A program made the position numbers and the translations under genes. From positions 9,237 to 73,236 of the forward strand of contig JBBSXO010000003.1 in assembly GCA_038045705.1 (NCBI GenBank): DNA of 64,000 nucleotides. The letters run 5' to 3'. Shown piece after piece: positions 56,807-64,000 of the stretch; positions within the stretch are counted from its first letter, which is position 1; each line of letters begins with the position of its first letter. The stretch comes from Nanobdellota archaeon (GTDB lineage: Archaea > Nanobdellota > Nanobdellia > Pacearchaeales > GW2011-AR1). Under the pieces are notes generated by a model, which made no database searches, was not told the DNA's origin, and was given only the letters and a program-made list of their open reading frames with translations.

Positions 56807-56979
56807 TGCCCCTGCCGGGATTTGAACCCGGGTTTCGGCCGTTCTCCACTATCGCTTACGCGACAGCCTGAGGACCATGCTGCTCTTGACGAGCACAGAT
56901 ATAGTCTCAGCGACATCACCTCGCATGCTGGTAAACCAGTTCGAGAGGGCCGTGTCCTTGACCACTAGACTACAAGGGC
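56807..56979 (-). tRNA. tRNA-Glu(CUC) with a 100-nt intron
   Basis: The exons are near-identical to tRNA-Glu(UUC) at 35618, except for anticodon loop ctCTCg. The 3' exon is ggccgaaacccgggttcaaatcccggcaggggca. The intron lies between positions 37 and 38. Confidence 0.8.
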
Positions 56980-57019
56980 AACAATTAGGATTAAATGAGG
57001 CTCTTTAAAAAGTTAGCCA

Positions 57020-57589
57020 TTAAATAGAAAGAAGTATAAAAATTCCAATAGCATTTCCAATATAGCTCATTAACATGAATCCATAATGATGAATTTTAGT
57101 AAACCCAGCAAGCATTGCAACTGCAAGTTCATCAGGCAATGGAGAAGCAATAATCAAAATAACTAAAACATAAACAAAAAAACTTCTAAATTTCTTAGGA
57201 ACAATCATTCTAACACCAGTTGCAATATGTCTTATGAAAGAAGTATGTTTCAATTGTTTGAATTCATCATTAAAAGAGAGCCTCATAAAAGAAAATATCC
57301 CTAAATCAGCAATTAGAGCCCCAATAGCTCCAATTCCTGCAGCCAGATAAATATTGCTTGGATCCGATGCAAGAAGAAAACCAGTAGCAATTGGTGTAGT
57401 AAAACCAGCTGAAAAAAGTAAACCTGCTAAAAATATAGATAAGTAGAACAAATTATTCATACTTGCAATAAATCCAGATACAACAGACATCTGAAAAACA
57501 AAGTAAGCTAAAATTATAGCAATAACATATAGCGTAAGTTTAGGATATGTAAAAATAAAAAGCCTCTTCATAAAACCAAACAGTCTCAA
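57020..57589 (-). CDS. Polytopic membrane protein (DedA/TVP38-like?)
   Basis: 189 aa, ~5 TM helices. Confidence 0.35.
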   Translation of the reverse strand: MRLFGFMKRLFIFTYPKLTLYVIAIILAYFVFQMSVVSGFIASMNNLFYLSIFLAGLLFSAGFTTPIATGFLLASDPSNIYLAAGIGAIGALIADLGIFSFMRLSFNDEFKQLKHTSFIRHIATGVRMIVPKKFRSFFVYVLVILIIASPLPDELAVAMLAGFTKIHHYGFMLMSYIGNAIGIFILLSI

Positions 57590-57654
57590 TAAATTATAAA
57601 CTTAACTAAAATAGCCCCACCAACTACCAAACAAAAAGTTATTTATTAGGCTTT

Positions 57655-58449
57655 TTGATGGTTCTACTCTTAAAAAATGTTGTACTGCCTCCTACCACAC
57701 TCATTTATATGCTCCAATTAGTTAAATTTTTTATGGAAAATAAAGTTATTATAAGAATAGATGATATTGGAAGGAAAAACTATTCTATAGTAATTAAACA
57801 AATGTTAGAAGAACTAAGCAAAAGAAAAATGCCATTTACTCTTGGAGTGATTGCTTCTGAACTTGAAGATGATAATAACTATATAGTTTCTTTAAAAGAG
57901 ACTGTTGCGAAGAATAAATCTGAATTTGCTTTACATGGTTATTACCATAAAAAAGATGTAGATGGAAATCCTGAATTTAAAGAACTCTCCAAAGAAGATG
58001 CAAGTAAGTTGATTCATGCTGGTAAAACTATTATGCAAGAAAAGTTGGAGATAACGCCCATTACATTTATTCCACCGTGGAATGTTGCTTCTTACGGAAC
58101 AAAAGAAGCCCTTATAGAAGAAAAATTTACTACATTCTCTGGAGATAAAGATGAATTTGAAAAATCTAAATTGTTTTTTATTGGTTATAACGTGGCTACT
58201 GCTAATTTTCAACCACATATATTAGTTACACTTACACAAATTAAAGAAGACTGTGAGAAAAGTTTTGAAAAGAGAGGATATTGTGTAATCATGATTCATC
58301 CTCAAGATTACTTAATTGATGATGTGGGAGACAAACATAAGCAAGATATTGATTCTGAAAAATATCAACAATTTATTCATCTTTTAGACTATTTGGAAGA
58401 TAAAAAAAGACATTTCACAACATTTAGTGAAATGTCTAAGAAATTCTAA
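57655..58449 (+). CDS. Polysaccharide-deacetylase-like protein (uncertain)
   Basis: RIDDIGRKNYSIV...TLGVIASEL...HGYYH pattern. Confidence 0.35.
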   Translation: MMVLLLKNVVLPPTTLIYMLQLVKFFMENKVIIRIDDIGRKNYSIVIKQMLEELSKRKMPFTLGVIASELEDDNNYIVSLKETVAKNKSEFALHGYYHKKDVDGNPEFKELSKEDASKLIHAGKTIMQEKLEITPITFIPPWNVASYGTKEALIEEKFTTFSGDKDEFEKSKLFFIGYNVATANFQPHILVTLTQIKEDCEKSFEKRGYCVIMIHPQDYLIDDVGDKHKQDIDSEKYQQFIHLLDYLEDKKRHFTTFSEMSKKF

Positions 58450-58555
58450 ATAGCAGTATATGTTAAGGTTTACACTGAATAGCCAGTAGTTCGATTCTGA
58501 TATCGCCTATATTTTGAAAAGATAATTTTATAATAATCATTTTCTTTGAAATAGT

Positions 58556-59206
58556 ATGAATAAGAAAACACTTCATAAAAAGTGGTATTTTCGATTGCTT
58601 CAAATAATCTTTTTGGGCTTTTTCATATTCTTTATAATTGTAGGTTTTCGAGGTATTTTTTACGGAGATGGTGAGCCATTTGTTGGATTCATCTTTGCAG
58701 GCATTTTAGCTATCGTGTACTGGCTAATCATGAGAAATAAAGGTTCAATAGGTGGTTTCGTTTTTGGTGTAATACTTGGCCTTCTTTTATTATTTATAAT
58801 ATCTAAACTTAATCCGGGAGACGAAATAGCTGGAATAGTGATATTTACCCTATTAATAAGCGGATTATTTTTTGCTTTCATGGGATATTTAATTCAAAAT
58901 AAATTTACAAAGAAGAAAATGAAAATGAAAAAATATACATGGAGAAATTGCATAGAATATCTTAAAGATAATCCTAATGGATATTGGTTTAAGAGAAAAT
59001 TATATGGTTGGGGTTGGGTGCCTGTTAAGTGGCAAGGATGGCTTGTAGTATTTATATCTCTAGCCATTGGTATCACAGGCATTTATTTTTCAGAGCTTGA
59101 TGATGCTCCTGGAGGAGTTATTATAAGCATACTACTTATGATTGCAATTATATTTGCTTTTGGTTATTGGAAAGGCGAGAAACCTAAATGGAGTTGGGGA
59201 ATATAG
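58556..59206 (+). CDS. Polytopic membrane protein
   Basis: 216 aa, multiple TM helices. Confidence 0.4.
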   Translation: MNKKTLHKKWYFRLLQIIFLGFFIFFIIVGFRGIFYGDGEPFVGFIFAGILAIVYWLIMRNKGSIGGFVFGVILGLLLLFIISKLNPGDEIAGIVIFTLLISGLFFAFMGYLIQNKFTKKKMKMKKYTWRNCIEYLKDNPNGYWFKRKLYGWGWVPVKWQGWLVVFISLAIGITGIYFSELDDAPGGVIISILLMIAIIFAFGYWKGEKPKWSWGI

Positions 59207-59331
59207 GTAATCTTTAAGTTCTTAGAACATATAGGATGAATTATTTTACACCAAGTTAATTGCCAAGTAACTCTTAGTTTATTCGAAATAATGGTTTAAA
59301 CCATTTCTAGACTACCTAACTTTTAGTTGGA

Positions 59332-59404
59332 TAGCCCCACTCGGATTCGAACCGAGGTTTCAGCCGCCAGAGGGCTGCGAACTTGACCACTATTCGATGG
59401 GGCT
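59332..59404 (-). tRNA. tRNA-Gln(CUG)
   Basis: Acceptor agcccca/tggggct, D gaat/gttc, anticodon stem cagcc/ggctg, loop ctCTGgc, T-arm ctcgg-ttcgaat-ccgag. Confidence 0.85.
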
Positions 59405-59512
59405 ATAAAACAATCCAACAAAATAGGTTTAAAACTATTCCGATTAAAAAAATTCTAAGAAAATCAAAAAAATACAATTAAAGTTAAATATTAGTTAGCT
59501 CAAAAAAGAAAC

Positions 59513-60598
59513 ATGGAAGAAAAAAAAGAGTTTCAAACACAAATTTTAACTGAAGAACAAGAAAAAAATGGAAAATTAAAAGCAACTGAAGAAGAAATAG
59601 ATCAAATCTTAAGGATAGTAGCCCCAGGAACAAATTTCAGAAGTGCATTAGAAGGAGTAGTAAATGCAAAAAAGGGTGCATTGATAGTAGTAGAAATAGA
59701 AGGAATTTCTTCGGTTCTTGATGGTGGATTCAAAATAAATTCTAAGTTTAGCCCTCAAAAGATAGTAGAACTATCAAAAATGGACGGAGCAATTATTCTC
59801 TCAAAGGATATGAAAAGAATAACTCAAGCAAATGTAATGATCTATCCTGATAAGAAAATATCAACAAAAGAAACAGGAACAAGACACAAAACTGCAGAAA
59901 GAACTGCAAAAATGTTAGGCACCTTAGTAGCCACAGTTTCAGAAAGAAGAAGTGAAATGACTGCATATTACAAGAATTTTAGACATGTAATAAGAAACGT
60001 AAATGAAATATTAAGAAAAGTCAATGAACAAACTCAAATAATAGAAAAACAAAGAGAACTCTTTGATTTAAATGTCGAAAAACTGACTCAAATGGAACTA
60101 AGAAATTACCCTAATGTTCAACAAGCATCAGTAGTAGTTCAAAAAGGTAGATTAATAGAAAAAATGGCAAATGATGTAAAAGACTTCTTTTTAGAACTAG
60201 GTAATGAAGGGACAATAATAAAAACAAGATTAAAGGAACTAACATCTAATGTAGAAAAAGAAGTAAATCTTGTGATAAAAGATTATACTAAAGTAGACTT
60301 AAAGAAATCTAGAATTCTTATAAACAGCTTAACTTATGAGGAGATTCTAGATCCAGAAAATATAATTAAATCATTAGCATATGGTGAAAATATAAAAGTA
60401 GATAAAATAAGAGGCTGGAGAGTTTTATCAAAAACCTCCTTAGAAGAGTCGGATATTGCAATGTTAACTAAAGAATTAGCCAGTTTAGGAAAAACAATTT
60501 ACTCAAACCTAAATTCTTACAAAGCAATAATAGGTGAAGAAAAAGCAAACATCTTCAAACAAGAAGTAGATGAGATAAAAAGAGCTTATTTCACATAA
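59513..60598 (+). CDS. disA: DisA-like diadenylate cyclase (DAC domain + C-terminal helical/HhH-like region)
   Basis: DGAIIL and TGTRHKTAERTAK (DGA / RHR-type DAC motifs). 361 aa. Confidence 0.7.
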   Translation: MEEKKEFQTQILTEEQEKNGKLKATEEEIDQILRIVAPGTNFRSALEGVVNAKKGALIVVEIEGISSVLDGGFKINSKFSPQKIVELSKMDGAIILSKDMKRITQANVMIYPDKKISTKETGTRHKTAERTAKMLGTLVATVSERRSEMTAYYKNFRHVIRNVNEILRKVNEQTQIIEKQRELFDLNVEKLTQMELRNYPNVQQASVVVQKGRLIEKMANDVKDFFLELGNEGTIIKTRLKELTSNVEKEVNLVIKDYTKVDLKKSRILINSLTYEEILDPENIIKSLAYGENIKVDKIRGWRVLSKTSLEESDIAMLTKELASLGKTIYSNLNSYKAIIGEEKANIFKQEVDEIKRAYFT

Positions 60599-60687
60599 AT
60601 AAGCTTGAAAGTTTTATAGAACTTAGCCCATAAATTTTGAGTTTTAAGCAGGTAAACTTTTAAAAACCCAAAATAACAAAAGATAAC

Positions 60688-60798
60688 ATGAAAAGATCAT
60701 CAAGACGTTGGAAGAAAAAAGGTCAAATGCGTTGGAAATGGCAACGCAAGCGTCTTAAGAAGGAAAAACGCAAGAGAAAGATGCGTAAAAGCAAGTAA
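60688..60798 (+). CDS. rpl41e: Ribosomal protein L41e (36 aa; not in the ORF track)
   Basis: MKRSSRRWKKKGQMRWKWQRKRLKKEKRKRKMRKSK. The KWKKKG-MRWKW pattern matches archaeal L41e. Confidence 0.6.
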   Translation: MKRSSRRWKKKGQMRWKWQRKRLKKEKRKRKMRKSK

Positions 60799-60805
60799 TT
60801 AATTT

Positions 60806-61333
60806 TTAACTAGATTTATATCCAAGCATAAAAAATAAGCTACTTAAACGATTCACATATCTGTATACATCTGCTCTCAACTTATCTTCCCTTAACAATT
60901 TAACAATAAATGTCTCTAATTCACGACATCGTACACGACATTCATTAAACAAAATGCTTTTCTGATTAGTAAACCTGACAAATTTATTTGGTGGCTCACC
61001 AAGTGAATTAATATAATTTTCAAGATTTTTTAAATCAGATTCAGTAATTGGAGCATTTAAACACTCTTCAGAACAATTAGCAATTTCTCCAGAGGCCTGC
61101 CATAGTTTTTGTTGGACAATCCTTAAAAAATCAGAGTGTTCAACAGATAAAAACAAAGCCATATCAATCGCACTCTGCAAGCTGTCTATCTTACCATTAA
61201 CCAATATAATCAAATCATCTTTAGCAAGAGGATTACCAGCATAATCTTTAGTAAAGCCATTATCCCCATCAGAAGTATAAACTTTAACCACAAAAAAGAG
61301 AATAAATGTAAGTAATAAACATTTTGTCACCAC
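60806..61333 (-). CDS. PduO-type ATP:cob(I)alamin adenosyltransferase (true start probably the internal GTG at ~61291)
   Basis: VYTSDGDNGFT...PLAKDDLIILVNGKIDSL parallels the PduO N-terminus (YTKTGDKGETSL...). C-terminal VYRYVNRLSSLFFMLG resembles YLNRLSDLLFVLAR. Confidence 0.6.
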   Translation of the reverse strand: MVTKCLLLTFILFFVVKVYTSDGDNGFTKDYAGNPLAKDDLIILVNGKIDSLQSAIDMALFLSVEHSDFLRIVQQKLWQASGEIANCSEECLNAPITESDLKNLENYINSLGEPPNKFVRFTNQKSILFNECRVRCRELETFIVKLLREDKLRADVYRYVNRLSSLFFMLGYKSS

Positions 61334-61393
61334 AATGATTATATATGAAAATTATCAGGTGAGATGAGTTAAATTTAATACAAAAAAGAGAAA

Positions 61394-62362
61394 ATGAGTC
61401 AAAGTGAAATCTGGACAGAAAAATACAGACCATCTGTATTCGATATGATGGTAGGTCAACAAGAAATAGTAAAAAGAGCTAATGCCTTGGTTCAGGCAAT
61501 GAATATTCCCCACATAATGTTTGCAGGCCCATCAGGCACAGGAAAATCAACATTAGCTTTAATTATAGTAAAAGAACTATTCAAGGATAAATGGAAAGAA
61601 AACTATTTAGAATTAAACGCTTCTGATGAAAGGGGAATAGATGTAGTTAGACAAAAAGTAAAAGACTTTGCAAGAACAAAATCAATAGGGGTAGTACCAT
61701 TCAAAGTAATTTTTCTAGATGAAGCTGATGCTCTAACACAAGAAGCACAACAAGCACTAAGAAGAACAATGGAGAACTACACAAATACTTGTAGATTTAT
61801 CATGTCTTGCAATTACTCAAGTAAAATCATAGATCCAATTCAGTCTCGTTGTGTTGTTTTCAGATTTAAACTTCTAGAAAAAAAGGACATAATTGAGGTA
61901 ATAAAAAGAATATCTGAAAAAGAAAAAATAAAGATAACAGAAGAAGCTCTAGAAACTCTATATGAAATGTCAGAAGGAGATTGCAGAAGAGCAATAAATC
62001 TTCTACAAGCGACAGCATCAATAGCATTAGATATAAATGCAGAAATCGTAAAAATGATTGCTTCATCCACAAAGCCAACTAATGTAAAAATAGTTTTAGA
62101 CTATGCATTAGCAGGAGATTTTCTAAACGCAAGAGAAAAGCTCCTTGAAATAATGTTAAAAGACAGTGTAGGTGGAACAGATATAATAAAAGCAATTCAA
62201 AAAGAAATTTGGACATTACAAATAGAACCACAAACAAAGGTAAAATTAACTGAAAAAACAGGAGAAGCAGAGTTCAGAATAGTTGAAGGTAGTGATGAAT
62301 TTGTACAACTTCAGGCTCTTCTAGCTTCTTTTGTCTTAGCAGGATCTAAAGAAGAAATTTAA
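61394..62362 (+). CDS. rfcS: Replication factor C small subunit
   Basis: Walker A GPSGTGKST, DEAD Walker B, SRC motif (QSRCVVFRF). Confidence 0.92.
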   Translation: MSQSEIWTEKYRPSVFDMMVGQQEIVKRANALVQAMNIPHIMFAGPSGTGKSTLALIIVKELFKDKWKENYLELNASDERGIDVVRQKVKDFARTKSIGVVPFKVIFLDEADALTQEAQQALRRTMENYTNTCRFIMSCNYSSKIIDPIQSRCVVFRFKLLEKKDIIEVIKRISEKEKIKITEEALETLYEMSEGDCRRAINLLQATASIALDINAEIVKMIASSTKPTNVKIVLDYALAGDFLNAREKLLEIMLKDSVGGTDIIKAIQKEIWTLQIEPQTKVKLTEKTGEAEFRIVEGSDEFVQLQALLASFVLAGSKEEI

Positions 62363-62401
62363 TTGATAATGAAAAAATTATATCAATGAAAGAGAACCAA
62401 A

Positions 62402-63571
62402 ATGATTAAATCAAACTTCGCTGAAAAATATAGACCAAGTTTACTTCAAGAAATAGTTGGTCAAGAACAAGCAATACAAGATGCCCAAAAGTTTATTAAA
62501 GAATTTCCTAAAAAAAAGGGTCTAATTCTACACGGTCAATCAGGAACTGGAAAGACAACATTAGTTCATGCGATATCTAAAGAACTAAATCTAGATATCT
62601 TTGAGTTAAATTCTTCAGATCTAAGAAACAGATTAAAATTAGAAGAAATTCTAAAACCTGCTTCAGAACAGCATAGTTTATTCAAATCGGGTAAAATTCT
62701 TCTAATGGATGAAGTTGATGGAGTTACAGGCACAGATATCGGAGGAGTTCCAGAGTTAATCAGAATTCTAGAAAAAACCGCACATCCAATAATAATGACT
62801 GGAAATGATATATGGGATTCAAAATTTTCTGAATTAAGACCTAAATGTAAATTAGTGGAGATGAAACCACTTTCAGTAGATAACATAGTGAAAGTTCTTC
62901 AGAGTATATTAAAAAAAGAGAATATAAATGAAAATATTCACTATCTAAAACAAATAGCAATAAAGTCACAAGGAGATTTAAGAGCAGCAGTTAATGACTT
63001 ACAAACTTACGTTCTAAGTGATCAAACAAATGTAAATTTCTTAGAAGAAAGAAGCAAACAAGACACAATATTTAACATACTAAAGAAATTATTCCAAGAA
63101 CGTTCAGACCACCTAAACCTATTTGACACTACAAAGATGTCATTAGATGAAATACTCTTATGGATTGAAGAAAATATCCCAAGAGAATACAAAGGCAAAG
63201 CCTTAGCAAAAGCATATTTAGCATTAGCAAAAGCAGACATTTTCAGAGGAAGAATATACCGTCAACAATTCTGGCGTTTTTTAGTATATCAAAACATATT
63301 CCAGTCTGCAGGTATAAGCTATGCAAAAGATAAGCCCAAAGCAACATTCACTAAATACGAACGCCCACAGAGAATCCTAAAAATCTGGTTAAACAACAGA
63401 ATAACTGCGAAAAAGAAAACAATTTCACAAAAATATGCCCGTTACGTTCACTGTAGCACAAGCAGAGCAATGCAAGACTTTCAAATCATAAAAAAAATAA
63501 TAGCAAGCAAACCAGAAATAGCAAATAACCTCAATTTGTCAGATGAAGAAATGGATTTTATTAGAAAGTAA
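62402..63571 (+). CDS. rfcL: Replication factor C large subunit
   Basis: LILHGQSGTGKTT Walker A, LLMDEVD Walker B. 389 aa, located next to rfcS. Confidence 0.85.
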   Translation: MIKSNFAEKYRPSLLQEIVGQEQAIQDAQKFIKEFPKKKGLILHGQSGTGKTTLVHAISKELNLDIFELNSSDLRNRLKLEEILKPASEQHSLFKSGKILLMDEVDGVTGTDIGGVPELIRILEKTAHPIIMTGNDIWDSKFSELRPKCKLVEMKPLSVDNIVKVLQSILKKENINENIHYLKQIAIKSQGDLRAAVNDLQTYVLSDQTNVNFLEERSKQDTIFNILKKLFQERSDHLNLFDTTKMSLDEILLWIEENIPREYKGKALAKAYLALAKADIFRGRIYRQQFWRFLVYQNIFQSAGISYAKDKPKATFTKYERPQRILKIWLNNRITAKKKTISQKYARYVHCSTSRAMQDFQIIKKIIASKPEIANNLNLSDEEMDFIRK

Positions 63572-63573
63572 GA

Positions 63574-64000
63574 TCATTTTCTAGCAAATAAAATTGCTTC
63601 CATATGTCTTCTAAATATTCTTTTAATATCTTTAAAACCAATCCCATTCATTAAGTGGATAGCTTCGTTTTCTCTCATAACAACATCTGGTTGGTTATCC
63701 TCTAAATAATGACTAGTCCATTCTCTTTTTATGTCAGGCCTACCCATGTAGTCATAAACATCAAATTGTTTTAATTGCCATTCAAGACTTTTTCTATGCA
63801 TATTTGGATTGGAGAAAGCATACTTATCTCCATTTACAAATAAACCTTCTTTACCTAAAACCCTATAGATTTCGGCCAAAACTCGTGCCCTATAAGATGA
63901 ATCAAAATTATGCAAAGTGAATGCAGAATAGATTACATCAAAATGTCTAGGGGGACATCTGCTCAAAAAAGGTAATGCATCCGCAAGAACTAAATCAACT
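63574..64000 (-). CDS. Class-I SAM-dependent methyltransferase, 3' portion (5' end beyond the window)
   Basis: The frame is open to base 64000 (…VDLVLADALPFLSRCPPRHFDVIYSAF…). The ORF-track start is a TTG inside a longer frame. Confidence 0.6.
   Translation of the reverse strand, partial: VDLVLADALPFLSRCPPRHFDVIYSAFTLHNFDSSYRARVLAEIYRVLGKEGLFVNGDKYAFSNPNMHRKSLEWQLKQFDVYDYMGRPDIKREWTSHYLEDNQPDVVMRENEAIHLMNGIGFKDIKRIFRRHMEAILFARK

Noticed and set aside
60806-61333. Signal peptide / secreted status for the PduO-like protein
   Set aside because: PduO-type adenosyltransferases are cytoplasmic. The hydrophobic stretch precedes the conserved N-terminus and an in-frame GTG start exists, so it is treated as a likely start-site artefact.
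61840-62078. Two minus-strand ORFs inside rfcS
   Set aside because: They are antisense to the RFC small-subunit gene and their translations are L/F/S-rich. Spurious.

Overview
This is an AT-rich (~30% GC by eye), gene-dense archaeal window with 4-nt gene overlaps and intron-containing tRNAs, consistent with a small-genome DPANN-like archaeon. The informational core is dense: an aIF2-gamma 3' fragment, gyrB and gyrA, the conserved L7Ae-S28e-L24e and Rpo7(E')-Spt4-S24e-S27ae clusters, Kae1, HisRS with tRNA-His 10 nt upstream, archaeal PheRS alpha and beta, UMP kinase, RFC small and large subunits, ScpA, L41e and a DisA-like diadenylate cyclase. I found seven tRNAs; four carry introns, including an Ile tRNA whose anticodon reads UAU if the intron sits at the canonical position. 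Accessory content includes a UvrD-type helicase fused to an iron-sulfur PD-(D/E)XK nuclease, a membrane-anchored Hjc-like nuclease, HepT/MNT and MazEF toxin-antitoxin pairs, a LAGLIDADG homing endonuclease gene upstream of gyrB that carries a duplicated gyrB N-terminus, and a C39-peptidase/rhomboid pair. A 12-kb same-strand cassette (18.7-30.9 kb) encodes membrane and secreted surface proteins, including a 1983-aa protein dense in N-glycosylation sequons with a recent internal duplication. The candidate new system is a GC-rich, very acidic 1208-aa secreted protein (13133-16759) with a C-terminal GGSYT pentapeptide array, followed 24 nt downstream by an HTTM (vitamin-K-dependent gamma-carboxylase-like) membrane protein. 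Separately, a small secreted protein (32889-33422) matches the N-terminal inhibitory domain of TIMP metalloproteinase inhibitors, including the Cys1/Cys3/Cys71/Cys99 spacing. I saw no rRNA genes and no CRISPR array.
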